Positions 1 to 9,480 of a stretch of 64,000 nucleotides of DNA are shown one piece after another. Both the position numbers and the translations under genes were made by a program. Each line of letters starts with the position of its first letter. The first letter of the stretch is position 1. The stretch is from NCBI GenBank assembly GCA_020248985.1, contig JADCGL010000020.1:132227-196226 (forward strand), given 5' to 3'. Source of the DNA: Telmatospirillum sp. GTDB taxonomy: Bacteria > Pseudomonadota > Alphaproteobacteria > CACIAM-22H2. The notes under the pieces are model-generated. The model was not told where the DNA came from. It searched no databases and saw nothing but the letters and a program-made list of their open reading frames with translations.

Positions 1-339
1 ACGGGCAAGATTCAAGGCGGCGTCCTCGAATGCGGCGATCAGCTGCAGAAACGGCGTGTCGCCGGTTTCGGCGCGTGCGACCGCCACATAGTCGGTGCCG
101 GGCAGCCCAAGCTTGGGCAGAACCGCGCGCGCGGCCTCGCGCAGGCGGCGTTTGGCGCGGTTGCGCGCCACGGCATTGCCGATCTTTTTGGTGGCCGTGA
201 ACCCGATACCGATGGCGGCAACGCCGTCGTTGCGCGCACGCGCCTGCAAGACCACGCCGACACGCGCGCATTTGCGGCGCGTTGCCGCAACAGCCAGGAA
301 CTGGCTTCGCGAGGTGAGGCGCGTGAGCGCGTGGGTCAT
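1..339 (-). CDS. rnpA: ribonuclease P protein component, 3' end runs off the window
   Basis: Minus-strand translation from the ATG at 339 gives MTHALTRLTSRSQFLAVAATRRKCARVGVVLQARARNDGVAAIGIGFTATKKIGNAVARNRAKRRLREA..., the RnpA signature KK-GNAV-RNR-KRRLRE. It lies directly downstream of rpmH and continues past coordinate 1. It is not in the ORF track because it is truncated. Confidence 0.85.
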   Translation of the reverse strand, partial: MTHALTRLTSRSQFLAVAATRRKCARVGVVLQARARNDGVAAIGIGFTATKKIGNAVARNRAKRRLREAARAVLPKLGLPGTDYVAVARAETGDTPFLQLIAAFEDAALNLAR

Positions 340-406
340 GGTTTTCCTTGTCGCCGCCACAAGACCCCGGCGGCGCAACGTCCGACGGCCGCAGGGCCGC
401 CGGATT

Positions 407-541
407 TTAGGCGGAAAGGCGCTTGCGGCCCTTGGCGCGACGGCGCTGCAGCACCTTGCGGCCGCCGACGGTTTCCATGCGCGCCCGAAAACCGTGCCGC
501 CGCTTGCGGATGAGCTTGCTGGGCTGATATGTGCGCTTCAC
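407..541 (-). CDS. rpmH: 50S ribosomal protein L34
   Basis: Reverse complement reads [49 protein letters not shown]. This is the 44-aa near-invariant L34 sequence, below the ORF-track length cutoff. Confidence 0.92.
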   Translation of the reverse strand: MKRTYQPSKLIRKRRHGFRARMETVGGRKVLQRRRAKGRKRLSA

Positions 542-707
542 GACGCGATCTCCGAATTGCCAAATGTCTGAAAACGAGCGCGGGTTATACAGACCCCCTG
601 CCTTCGCGTCAATCGAGGCATTTTCCGTTGTTTTTCAGTCCATTGTTTGCCCGATCGGGCCTCGTGCATGTAACGTCGCCTCTCCGCCGACCGAATTGGA
701 CCAAAGC

Positions 708-1418
708 ATGGCCCAAACGTCCCTTCTTCGCAGATTTGCGCCGCTGGTGCTGATAGCCGCCGTGCTCGCCCTCGCTTTTGCGGGCGGGCTCGATCGCTAT
801 TTGAGTTTTGCGGCCCTCGCCGAGCATCGCAGCGATTTGCTGGATTGGGCCGAGGCCAATCCGGCGGCGGCGGCGGCTTCCTACGTGGCGGTCTATGTGC
901 TGGTCGTCGCCTGTTCGCTGCCCGGCGGCACGGTCGCCACGCTGGCGGGCGGGTTCCTGTTCGGCGCCTTGTGGGGCGGGTTTCTGGCCGTGATCGGCGC
1001 CACGATCGGGGCGACCTTGCTGTTTTTGGCCGCACGCTCGGCCCTGGGCGATTTCCTGCGCGCCAAGGCGGGCCCGGCCGTCGCCGCGTTCGAAGCGGGA
1101 TTCCGCGAAAACGCGCTTTCCTATATGCTGGTCTTGCGTCTGGTGCCGGCGTTTCCGTTTTTTCTCGTCAATCTCGCCCCGGCCTTTTTGGGCGTGCGGC
1201 TCGGCGTTTATGTGCTCGCGACCTTTCTGGGCATTCTGCCCGCAACCTTCGTGTTCGCGTCGATCGGGGCCGGGCTCGGTAGCGTTTTCGACCATGGCGA
1301 GGAACCGGATTTGAGCCTGTTCATGCAGCCTTCGGTGATCCTGCCGCTGCTGGGTTTGGCGGCTTTGTCGCTCGTCCCGGTCGTCTACAAAAAACTCAAA
1401 GGCCGCAAAGCGCCATGA
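708..1418 (+). CDS. TVP38/TMEM64 (DedA-like, SNARE-associated) family membrane protein
   Basis: Start is the internal ATG at 708 (MAQTSLLRRFAPLVLIAAVL...) of ORF 531..1418. The protein is polytopic, with a G-rich core (LPGGTVATLAGGFLFGALWGG) typical of DedA/TVP38. Its stop overlaps the next start as ATGA. Confidence 0.75.
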   Translation: MAQTSLLRRFAPLVLIAAVLALAFAGGLDRYLSFAALAEHRSDLLDWAEANPAAAAASYVAVYVLVVACSLPGGTVATLAGGFLFGALWGGFLAVIGATIGATLLFLAARSALGDFLRAKAGPAVAAFEAGFRENALSYMLVLRLVPAFPFFLVNLAPAFLGVRLGVYVLATFLGILPATFVFASIGAGLGSVFDHGEEPDLSLFMQPSVILPLLGLAALSLVPVVYKKLKGRKAP

Positions 1419-2836
1419 ACGAAATCGCCGCCGACATTTGCGTGATCGGGGCGGGCTCGGGCGGCCTGTCGGTGGCCGCCGGCGCCGCCCAGCTCGGCCT
1501 CAAAGTCGTGCTCGTCGAGGCGCACAAGATGGGCGGCGACTGCCTCAATTACGGCTGCGTGCCCTCCAAGGCGCTGATCGCGGCGGCGAGTGCCGTCAAG
1601 GCCGCGCGCGAAGCGGCCCGTTTCGGCCTGCAGACGGCGGGCGGCGTCGACTATGCCGCCGTGCGCAACCATGTGCGCGCGACGATCGCTTCCATTGCGC
1701 CGATGGATTCGGTCGAGCGCTTCGAGGGGCTTGGGGTCAAGGTCGTGGCGGCGCGCGCGAAGTTCGTCGGCCCGAAATTGGTCGAAGCGGGCGACATGCG
1801 CATTGCCGCGCGCAAATTCGTGGTCGCAACGGGCAGCCGGGCGGCCGTGCCGCCGATCCCGGGGCTGGCCGAGGTGCCGTTTCTCACCAACGAAACCGTT
1901 TTCGAACTTGATCGGCGGCCCGACCATCTGGTCGTGATCGGGGCGGGGCCCATCGGCTGCGAGCTTGCGCAGGCGCATGCGCGCCTCGGCACCAAGGTGA
2001 CGCTGATCGAAGCCGCAAGCATGCTGCCCAAGGACGATGAAGAGGCGGTCGCGGTCGTGCGCCAAAGCCTGATTGCCGACGGTGTTGCCTTGCGCGAGCA
2101 GGCGAAGGTCAAGCGCATCGAGCGCCACGCGGTGGGCACCGTCGTGGTGCTCGACGACGGCAAGGGTGGGGAGGCGGCACTCGCGTGTTCGCATCTGCTG
2201 ATCGCGACGGGCCGCAAAGCCAATATCGAAGATCTCGGGCTCGAAGCCGCCGGCATTGCCAGCGACGGCCGCGCGATCAAGGTCGACGATCGTTTGCGCA
2301 CCTCGAACCGCGACGTGCTGGCGCTTGGCGACGTCGCGGGCGGGCTGCAATTCACGCATGTCGCGGGCTGGCATGCCGGCCTGGCGATCCGCAATCTGTG
2401 TTTCCGCATCCCCGCGCGTGCCGACACGACCGCGATCCCGTGGGTGACGTACACGGCCCCCGAGCTTGCGCAAGTGGGCGTGAGCGAGGCGGCGGCCAAA
2501 GCGACGAACCGCGACATCGAAACCGCGCGCTGGCCGTTCCACGACAACGACCGCGCGACCGCGACCGGCGAAACGGCCGGCTTCGTGAAGCTCGTGGCCG
2601 AGCGCGGCCGCGTGATCGGGGCGACGATCGTGGGTGCGCATGCTGGCGATCTTGTGGCCCCCTGGGTCGTGGCGGTCGGCCAACGGCTCAAGGTCGCGAC
2701 GATGGCGGGCGCGGTGATGCCTTATCCGACCCTGTCGGAAGCGGGCAAGCGCGCAGCCGGGGCCTATTTCAGCCCGCGTTTGTTTTCGCCGCGCACGCGC
2801 AAGCTCGTGCGCTTCCTGTTCGACCTGCCGTTCTGA
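1415..2836 (+). CDS. FAD-dependent pyridine nucleotide-disulfide oxidoreductase (dihydrolipoamide dehydrogenase-like, class I)
   Basis: Carries the N-terminal FAD fold GAGSGG and the redox-active disulfide motif GGDCLNYGCVPSK (C-x4-C). There is no C-terminal Cys pair, so it is not MerA. It is coupled to the DedA gene upstream. Confidence 0.85.
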   Translation: MNEIAADICVIGAGSGGLSVAAGAAQLGLKVVLVEAHKMGGDCLNYGCVPSKALIAAASAVKAAREAARFGLQTAGGVDYAAVRNHVRATIASIAPMDSVERFEGLGVKVVAARAKFVGPKLVEAGDMRIAARKFVVATGSRAAVPPIPGLAEVPFLTNETVFELDRRPDHLVVIGAGPIGCELAQAHARLGTKVTLIEAASMLPKDDEEAVAVVRQSLIADGVALREQAKVKRIERHAVGTVVVLDDGKGGEAALACSHLLIATGRKANIEDLGLEAAGIASDGRAIKVDDRLRTSNRDVLALGDVAGGLQFTHVAGWHAGLAIRNLCFRIPARADTTAIPWVTYTAPELAQVGVSEAAAKATNRDIETARWPFHDNDRATATGETAGFVKLVAERGRVIGATIVGAHAGDLVAPWVVAVGQRLKVATMAGAVMPYPTLSEAGKRAAGAYFSPRLFSPRTRKLVRFLFDLPF

Positions 2837-2850
2837 TCCGGGCCGATGCG

Positions 2851-3669
2851 ATGGTTCGATTTCTGCTGGCGGCGGTTCTGATGCTGGGACTGATCCAGAC
2901 CGCTGCGGGCGCACCCAAGGCCGAAGCTTGGGATTTTTGGCGCGCGCACGATGCGGCCTCGACGCAAACGATCGACCATGCGCCTTGGTCGCAGCTGCTC
3001 GCGACGTATCGCAGCGAGGGTCCAGACGGTATCGCGCGTTTTGCCTATGGAAGCGTGACGGCCGCCGACCGCGCTTCGTTGCAGGCCTATCTCGCGGCGC
3101 TGCAAGCGGTCGCCCCGCGCACGCTCGCGCAGCCTCAGCAGAAGGCCTATTGGATCAATCTCTACAATGCCGCGACCGTCGAAACGGTGCTGTCCCGCTA
3201 TCCCGTCGCCTCGATCCGCGACATCCGCACCTCGCCCGGCCTGTTCGCGGTCGGGCCGTGGGGCGCAAAAATCCTGCGCGTCGAAAACCAGGCGCTGTCG
3301 CTCGACGATATCGAGCACCGCATTCTGCGCCCGCTGTGGCAAGACCCGCGCATCCACTACGCGCTCAATTGCGCGGCCCTCGGCTGCCCGAACCTTGGCG
3401 CCGAACCGTTCGACGCCGACCGCCTCGACACGCAGCTCGACGAAGCCGCCCGCCGCTTCGTGGCAAGTCCACGCGGGGTGCGCGTGGGCCCGCGCGGTCT
3501 CGTGCTGTCGTCGATCTACGATTGGTTCAAGGAGGATTTCGGCGCCGACGCGGCGGGCTTGCGGGCACACCTGCTCGCTTTCGCAACAGGCGACACGCGC
3601 GCCGCCCTCGAACGCGGCGCGCCCATCGCGTCCTACGACTACGACTGGGCGCTCAACGCGGCCCCGTAA
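2851..3669 (+). CDS. DUF547 domain protein with signal peptide
   Basis: Internal ATG of ORF 2185..3669, MVRFLLAAVLMLGLIQTAAGAP. Contains YNAATVE...DPRIHYALNCAALGCPNL, which matches the DUF547 core. Confidence 0.7.
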   Translation: MVRFLLAAVLMLGLIQTAAGAPKAEAWDFWRAHDAASTQTIDHAPWSQLLATYRSEGPDGIARFAYGSVTAADRASLQAYLAALQAVAPRTLAQPQQKAYWINLYNAATVETVLSRYPVASIRDIRTSPGLFAVGPWGAKILRVENQALSLDDIEHRILRPLWQDPRIHYALNCAALGCPNLGAEPFDADRLDTQLDEAARRFVASPRGVRVGPRGLVLSSIYDWFKEDFGADAAGLRAHLLAFATGDTRAALERGAPIASYDYDWALNAAP

Positions 3670-3828
3670 GCAAGTCGGGGCGGGGACTTCGCGCCGTGCC
3701 GAACCTTCAAGGACCGCGCCAGACTTCAGGCTTAGGTGTATTCCGGGGCTGCCGCGTGGATCGTTGGGCGCCTAACTCTGCAACGATGCGGGCGTCGTTG
3801 CGACGGCCGCCAACGCGCGGAGAGCGAT

Positions 3829-4011
3829 GTGGGCCTGATCCTTTTGATCGTCGTATTGGTGCTGCTGCTCGGCGGCGGCGGGGGCTACTACGCGCATGGC
3901 CGCTACGGCAATGCCGGAGCCGGCGGCGTGCTCGGCACCGTGCTCGTGGTGCTGGTCGTGGTGTGGTTCTTCGGCGGCTTTGCCGGCATGCATCCGCCGC
4001 CGCCGCTGTGA
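3829..4011 (+). CDS. DUF3309-like small membrane protein (two TM helices around a GYY/GRYG turn)
   Basis: GGAGAG sits 6-7 nt before GTG 3829. Product LILLIVVLVLLLGGGGGYYAHGRYGNAGAGGVLGTVLVVLVVVWFFGG. An upstream in-frame ATG at 3736 would add a GC-poor extension. Confidence 0.5.
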   Translation: MGLILLIVVLVLLLGGGGGYYAHGRYGNAGAGGVLGTVLVVLVVVWFFGGFAGMHPPPPL

Positions 4012-4018
4012 TCCAAGC

Positions 4019-5224
4019 TCAGTCGAGCGCGATCAGCGCCGCTTTGAGATAGGCGCTTTCCGGCAAAAACGGGTGCAGCGGATGGTCGGCACCCGCACCC
4101 GCCACGCGCAAGATGCGCGCTTGGCGCCCGGTTTCGGCGATGCCGCGTGCGGTCTCTTCGAGGAAATTCGCGGTCTCGACATTGTGCGAGCACGAGGCCG
4201 CGAACAGAAACCCGTTGGGGGCGACGAGGGCTGCCGCGAGGCGTGCGGCTTTGCGATAGCCCTTGAGCGCCATCGGCACGTCCTTGCGCGATTTGGCGAA
4301 GGCCGGCGGATCGCACACCACAACGTCGAACCGCTCGCCCGCGGCATCGAGATTGGCGGCGTGGTCGAAAATCTCGCCCTTGTCGAAACGGCATTTGGCG
4401 GCAACGCCGTTGGCCTCGGCCGCTTGTGCGGCAAGGTCGAGCGCGGCTTGCGCGCGGTCGGCAAACACGACCTGCACGGCCCCGGCAAGGGCGGCCTGCA
4501 CGCCGAAGCCGCCGCCGTAGCAATAGAGATCGAGCACGCGGGCACCGGCCGAAACTTTTGCGACGGCCGCCCGATTGTCGCGCTGGTCGTAGAACCAGCC
4601 GGTCTTTTGGCCGCCTGCCACGTCGGCAAAAAACGTGGCGCCGTTTTCCACGAGGCGCACCGGCCCCGCAACGGCGCCCTGCAGCGTTTCGCTTGCCGTA
4701 TCGAGCCCTTCGAGGCTGCGCGCATGGCTTTCGTCGCGCAGCACGATGGCGGCCGGGGCGAGTACCGCCTCGATCGCCTTGTGCAGTTCCGGCCACAGCC
4801 GGTCGATGCCGGCCGCATTGCGCTGGACGACCAGCGTGTCGCCGAAGCGGTCGATCACGAGGCCCGGGAAACCGTCGGCCTCGGCATGGATCAGCCGGTA
4901 GAAGCCGCCCGGATAGAGCCGTTCGCGCAAGGCAAGGGCGGCACGCAGCTTCGCCGCGCACCATGCCGCATCGACCGCCAGGCGCGGATTGCGCTCGAGC
5001 ATGCGCAGCGCGATCAGCGTGTGCGGATTGAAAAACGCCGTGCCCAGATTTTCGCCATGGCTCGTCATCACGCGCACCAGCGTGCCGCGCGCCAGCGCCT
5101 TGGCGCTGTTGTCCATCTGGATCTCGTTCGAATAGGCCCACGGATGGCCCATGCGCAGGCGCTGGTGGCGCTGCGGCTGCAGACGGATTTCCGGCAGCGT
5201 GCCGGTCGGCGACGTTTGGGTCAT
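4019..5224 (-). CDS. class I SAM-dependent rRNA (cytosine-C5) methyltransferase, RlmI/RlmK-like, with N-terminal PUA-like domain
   Basis: 401 aa. Has the SAM-binding LDLYCYGGGFG motif and DVVVCDPPAF, with RlmI-like overall architecture. Confidence 0.8.
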   Translation of the reverse strand: MTQTSPTGTLPEIRLQPQRHQRLRMGHPWAYSNEIQMDNSAKALARGTLVRVMTSHGENLGTAFFNPHTLIALRMLERNPRLAVDAAWCAAKLRAALALRERLYPGGFYRLIHAEADGFPGLVIDRFGDTLVVQRNAAGIDRLWPELHKAIEAVLAPAAIVLRDESHARSLEGLDTASETLQGAVAGPVRLVENGATFFADVAGGQKTGWFYDQRDNRAAVAKVSAGARVLDLYCYGGGFGVQAALAGAVQVVFADRAQAALDLAAQAAEANGVAAKCRFDKGEIFDHAANLDAAGERFDVVVCDPPAFAKSRKDVPMALKGYRKAARLAAALVAPNGFLFAASCSHNVETANFLEETARGIAETGRQARILRVAGAGADHPLHPFLPESAYLKAALIALD

Positions 5225-5272
5225 GGCGGACTTTCGGGGATGAGATGGAAAAGAGTTTCGAACGCGCCGGCG

Positions 5273-7090
5273 TCAGTCGCCAAGGGCTTCGCCTTCGCGC
5301 CGCGGATCGGCACCGCCGATCAGCTGCGTGCGGCCCTGGCGACGCACGATCTGGATGCCGTGCAGGCCGCTGCCGTGCGCAACGAACGTCACTTCGTGGC
5401 CCATGTTGCGCAACTCGCCCGCGAGCCCCGCGATCACCGTATCGCGCTCGAGCTCGGTCGGGCCGTTGAGGCTGAGCGCGTGCGGCAAGGCGACCGCGCG
5501 CTGCATGTCGAGCCCCCAATCGAGGGTCGCGACCAGCGTGCGCGCGACGTACGGGATGATGCGCGCCCCGCCCGGCGAGCCCAAGGTCATCACAAGCCGG
5601 TTTTCGCGGTCGAGCACGATCGTGGGCGACATCGAACTGCGCGGCCGCTTGCCGGGCTCCACGCGGTTGATGTTCGGCACGTCGCCGTCGCGCGGGCGCA
5701 GCGCAAAATCGGTCATCTGGTTGTTGAGCAGGAAACCCCGCACCATCACGCGGCTGCCGAACGCCTGTTCGATCGACGAGGTCATGGCGACCGCGTTGCC
5801 GGCGCCGTCGACGATCGAGAAATGCGAGGTGGCGGGCAGTTCGCTCAGCGTGTCGGGCGCGCGCAGGGCGGCACGCTGCAGGCGGCCCGCCTCGGCGCGG
5901 CCCATGCTGCGCTCGGGCAGAATCTGGCGCGCGCGCGCGGCGAGGTAGCGCCGGTCGAGCAGCTTTTCGAGCGGCACCTGCTCGAAATCCATGTCGGCCA
6001 GATAGCGCGCGCGGTCGGCGAAGGCGAGGCGCTCGGCCTCGGTCAGCGCATGCACGGCGGCCAGCGAATTGGGCGCCATCGCGCGCATGTCGAATTTTTC
6101 GAGCATGGCGAGGATCTGCGCGATCGCGACCCCGCCCGACGAGGGCGGACCCATGCCGCAGACCTTGTACTGGCGATAGCCGCCGCACACGGGCTCGCGC
6201 TTGAGGGCTTTGTAGCTCTTGAGATCTTCCACGCTCAGCGTGCCGGGTGTGCCGGCTTCGCGCACGGCCTTGGCCATCGCGCGCGCCAGGCCCCCGTTGT
6301 AGAAGGCATTGGCGCCGCCATTGGCGATCACGCGCAGCGTTTCGGCGAGTTCGGGATTGGCGAGCCGTTCGCCGACCGCTTTGGGATTGCCGTCGGCGTC
6401 GAAGAAATAGTTGCGCGTCGCCGGGAATTCCTTGAGCTGCGGCGTTTCGGCGATGAGCTGGTTGAGGCGCGGCGAGATCGGGAAACCTTCGGCCGCCATG
6501 CGCATGGCCGGCTCGAACAGCCGCAGCCACGGCAAGCGGCCATGCTGCTCGTGGGCAAGGGCCAGCATGCGCACCACGCCGGGCACGCCCACCGAATGCC
6601 CGCCCATCGCCGCTTGCGCAAACGGCAGCGGCTTGCCGTCGGCGTCGAGGAACATGTCGGGCGTTGCACCCGCAGGCGCCGTTTCGCGCCCGTCGTAGGT
6701 TTCGACTTTTCGCGTCTCGGCCGTGTAGTGGACGAGGAAGGCCCCGCCGCCAATGCCCGAGCTCTGCGGCTCGACGAGGGTCAGCACCATCTGCACGGCG
6801 ATCGCGGCATCGATGGCGCTGCCGCCCTGGCGCAGAATCTGGCGGCCGATTTCGGCGGCAAGCGGGTTTGCCGCCACGACCATATGGCGGTCCGCGGCGA
6901 CGGCGGCCCGGGTGGGGCCTGCGGGCGATGCGGATTCCGGTTGCGGGCGTGCGGTCGATGCGGGGGCGGATGGGGCGGGGGCATTCTGCGCCGATGCCCC
7001 GCCCGCAAATGCGAACCACAGCGACAGGAGCCCCGCGCCCAAAATGGGACGCCAGCCGGTCCAGCGCGCTGTGTCGTTCGCCGTCGTCAT
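5273..7090 (-). CDS. ggt: gamma-glutamyltransferase, periplasmic (signal peptide)
   Basis: The internal ATG at 7090 (MTTANDTARWTGWRPILGAGLLSLWFAFAGGASAQ) is the start. The ORF track extends it 302 aa upstream as a GC artefact. GGT motifs present are the T-nucleophile region TSHFSIVDGAGNAVAMTSSIEQAFGS and GSPGGARII. Confidence 0.88.
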   Translation of the reverse strand: MTTANDTARWTGWRPILGAGLLSLWFAFAGGASAQNAPAPSAPASTARPQPESASPAGPTRAAVAADRHMVVAANPLAAEIGRQILRQGGSAIDAAIAVQMVLTLVEPQSSGIGGGAFLVHYTAETRKVETYDGRETAPAGATPDMFLDADGKPLPFAQAAMGGHSVGVPGVVRMLALAHEQHGRLPWLRLFEPAMRMAAEGFPISPRLNQLIAETPQLKEFPATRNYFFDADGNPKAVGERLANPELAETLRVIANGGANAFYNGGLARAMAKAVREAGTPGTLSVEDLKSYKALKREPVCGGYRQYKVCGMGPPSSGGVAIAQILAMLEKFDMRAMAPNSLAAVHALTEAERLAFADRARYLADMDFEQVPLEKLLDRRYLAARARQILPERSMGRAEAGRLQRAALRAPDTLSELPATSHFSIVDGAGNAVAMTSSIEQAFGSRVMVRGFLLNNQMTDFALRPRDGDVPNINRVEPGKRPRSSMSPTIVLDRENRLVMTLGSPGGARIIPYVARTLVATLDWGLDMQRAVALPHALSLNGPTELERDTVIAGLAGELRNMGHEVTFVAHGSGLHGIQIVRRQGRTQLIGGADPRREGEALGD

Positions 7091-7245
7091 CGCTCGGGGT
7101 CTCGACGCTTCCAAAAAAGCGTCCCAGGGCCTTTGCCCGCCGGTCCAAGCGGGCAGACGGTATTTAGTCGCGTTCCCGCGCCCGGAGCAAGAGCGTCGTG
7201 GCCCTAAAGACCCAACCCGCCCAATAAAACGCCAGCGCTCCCGCC

Positions 7246-7950
7246 CTATTGGCGGACTTGGGCGATCTGGTCGAAGCTGCGCCGCACATAGACGATCTGG
7301 GCGCCGCGCGCTTCGAAGCGCAGGCCGACCCAGCTGTCGTCGGCGGCGTAGCTCAGATCGGCTTTGAGATCGCCCGTGACGCGGTAGGTCGAAACGCGCT
7401 GCGGGATCCCGTCGGCGGTCATGCTCGTTTCGCCGAGATTTTCGTTGGCGACCGTCGCAAGCTTGCCGCTCTGGGTATCCAGAAGCGCGCTGCGGTTCAG
7501 CTTGTCGCGATTCCAGTAGCTGCTGGGGGCGGTGTCGGCAGGGGCCAAGTAGCTGCCGCCGCTGCCTGAGACGGCCAAGCCCGACTCCCCGGCCGTGGCC
7601 AGCACGCGGGTGCGCGTGCCGTTGTCGTCGGTCGAGGCTTCGAGCGAGACGAGGCGCTCGCCCGACCACACTTCGGTGGCGCGATGCGTGTAGCGATAGA
7701 CGGTGACGAAAGCGAGTTTCACGGCCATGTCGATGGCGACTTCGACTTCGCGGCGGTTGCCTGCCTCGCGGATCGTGACGCGGTGCGTGCCGATGCTCGT
7801 GCCGTCGCGCATGACGTCGAACGTCAAGGTCTGCGTCGTGGCCGGAGCTTCTTCGCGCGGGCCGAAATTGGCGAGGGCCGGCGTTGCGGTGCCGAGCCCC
7901 AGACCAAGCCCAAGGCTCAAAACGCTCGCAAGGAGGAAACGGCTGATCAT
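7246..7950 (-). CDS. hypothetical secreted protein (signal peptide MISRFLLASVLSLGLGLGLGTATPALA)
   Basis: 234-aa ORF with a clean signal peptide and high-GC third positions. No family is recognised. Confidence 0.6.
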   Translation of the reverse strand: MISRFLLASVLSLGLGLGLGTATPALANFGPREEAPATTQTLTFDVMRDGTSIGTHRVTIREAGNRREVEVAIDMAVKLAFVTVYRYTHRATEVWSGERLVSLEASTDDNGTRTRVLATAGESGLAVSGSGGSYLAPADTAPSSYWNRDKLNRSALLDTQSGKLATVANENLGETSMTADGIPQRVSTYRVTGDLKADLSYAADDSWVGLRFEARGAQIVYVRRSFDQIAQVRQ

Positions 7951-7990
7951 GATCGCACTTGCTCCGTGGCTGATCTGGATACCTCTTGTA

Positions 7991-8016
7991 CGTCAATTTG
8001 CGTCAATCGGTTCAAT
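7991..8016 (+). repeat. three direct repeats (CGTCAAT, CGTCAAT, TTCAAT) phased at 10 bp
   Basis: cgtcaatttgcgtcaatcggttcaatg lies in the divergent intergenic region between 7246..7950(-) and the Fnr-type regulator gene. The one-helical-turn spacing suggests a protein binding array. Confidence 0.35.
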
Positions 8017-8149
8017 GCCTTCTGCCGCAAAACCGCAAATGCCTGTTCTTCATGGTATATTTACGGGTGGGCGAGCGAAGCCCTTGCGCTTCTGTCATGC
8101 GCGTAGCACCATGCCGAAGGTATCGCTGAACGTCAGGGGGGGCGGCAGG

Positions 8150-8884
8150 ATGGGAATCGTCACAAGCGCAATGGGCGTTCCGGTGCCAATGGCGATCGAA
8201 TCGCATTGCGACGAGTGCGCAATCCGCGAAGCCAGCATCTGCGAAGTTCTCGATGCCGCCCAGCTCGCGCGCCTGCGCGGCATTTCGACCGTCGTGACCT
8301 ACGCCCCGAACGCACCTTTGTTCGAGGAAGGCTCTGAAGCCCAGCATGTCAGCAACGTCATCGAAGGGACGGTGACGCTCTACAAGCTGCTGCCCGACGG
8401 GCGACGCCAGATTCTGGGTTTTCTGTATCCCGGCGATTTCGTGGGCCTCGCGCTGGACCCGACCTATGGCTGCTCGGCCGAGGCGACGACGGTCGTGCGC
8501 ATGTGCCGCTTCCCGCGCGAGCGCCTCGAAAAAATGTTCAAGGATCTGCCGGCCCTCGAGCACCGCTTGCTCGAAATCGCCGGCAACGAGATCAAGGCCG
8601 CGCAGGAGCAGATGCTGCTGCTCGGGCGCAAAACCGCGCGCGAGCGGCTGGCTTCGTTCCTGCTCGTCTTGTCGCGCCGCGCCGCGGCGCGCGGCCGGCC
8701 GGCCTCGCCCGTCGATTTGCCGATGCGCCGCTCGGACATCGGCGACTATCTCGGGCTCACGATCGAAACCGTGAGCCGCACGTTCACGCAGTTCAAAAAG
8801 GCGGGGCTGATCGGCCTTCCGAATCAGAGCCAGGTCACGCTGCTGCAGCGCGAGATCTTGGAAACGATCGCCGAAGGCAATTGA
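8150..8884 (+). CDS. Crp/Fnr-family transcriptional regulator, FnrN/FnrL-type oxygen sensor
   Basis: N-terminal Cys cluster HCDECAIREASIC (C-x2-C-x7-C), a cNMP-binding fold, and a C-terminal HTH (RSDIGDYLGLTIETVSRTF). Start is ambiguous: ATG 8150 (MGIVTS) or ATG 8111. The tracked ORF from 7703 is an artefact extension. Confidence 0.8.
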   Translation: MGIVTSAMGVPVPMAIESHCDECAIREASICEVLDAAQLARLRGISTVVTYAPNAPLFEEGSEAQHVSNVIEGTVTLYKLLPDGRRQILGFLYPGDFVGLALDPTYGCSAEATTVVRMCRFPRERLEKMFKDLPALEHRLLEIAGNEIKAAQEQMLLLGRKTARERLASFLLVLSRRAAARGRPASPVDLPMRRSDIGDYLGLTIETVSRTFTQFKKAGLIGLPNQSQVTLLQREILETIAEGN

Positions 8885-8912
8885 GGCGAAGTCCGCGCGA
8901 CAGCGCGGCACC

Positions 8913-9416
8913 TTAGCGCGGGGCGACGATGGGCCGCACGAATTGCGGCTCGGTATCCCACGGGAACATGATCCAGGTATCCTGGCTCACCTCGGTCACG
9001 TAGGTGTCGACCATCGGCTTGCCGGCGGGCTTGGCATAGACCGTGGCGAGATGCGCACCCGGCAGCATTGCGCGCACGATCTTGGCGGTGGCCCCGGTAT
9101 CGACCAGATCGTCGATGATGAGCCAGCGCGGGCCCGAGTTGGCGTCGGTCGTCGAAGCGGCAAGCGGCTTCAGGATGTTCGAGGTGTCGCCGATCTGCTG
9201 GCCCTGGTAGGTGGCGATCGACACCGTGTCGATGATGCGCAGCTCGAGCTCGCGCGCGATGATGCCGGCCGGGATCAGCCCGCCGCGCGTGACGGCGACA
9301 ATGCCGCGCCACGGGCCGCCGGCCACGAGCTTCCAGGCGAGCGCCTTGCAGTCGCGATGCAGCTCCTGCCAGGAGACGGTGAACATCTTGCGATAGGTAT
9401 CGTCGGCGCTGGACAT
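8913..9416 (-). CDS. gpt: xanthine-guanine phosphoribosyltransferase
   Basis: Near-colinear with E. coli Gpt (WQELHRDCKALAWKL...WRGIVAVTRGGLIPAGIIARELELRIIDTVSIATY...IIDDLVDTGATAKIVR...VYAKPAG...DTWIMFPWD). GGAG lies 9 nt before ATG 9416. Confidence 0.88.
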   Translation of the reverse strand: MSSADDTYRKMFTVSWQELHRDCKALAWKLVAGGPWRGIVAVTRGGLIPAGIIARELELRIIDTVSIATYQGQQIGDTSNILKPLAASTTDANSGPRWLIIDDLVDTGATAKIVRAMLPGAHLATVYAKPAGKPMVDTYVTEVSQDTWIMFPWDTEPQFVRPIVAPR

Positions 9417-9480
9417 GGGCGACTCCGGTGCGGAAGCTTTCGCCTTCATGCCGTGCGCACGCGCGCGATGCAAGCGCGGC

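Noticed and set aside
3896-7207. Very long ORFs (1103 aa on the plus strand and 1081 aa on the minus strand, 3903..7148) spanning the rlmI/ggt region
   Set aside because: They are antisense or out-of-frame to the well-supported rlmI-like and ggt genes. Their translations are Arg/Ala/Gly-rich low-complexity, typical of spurious stop-free frames in about 67% GC DNA.
7703-8149. N-terminal 149-aa extension of the Fnr-type regulator ORF, and the upstream part of ORF 5273..7996
   Set aside because: These are start-codon-free high-GC read-through. The extension would overlap the divergent promoter and repeat region. The conserved protein begins near the Cys cluster.
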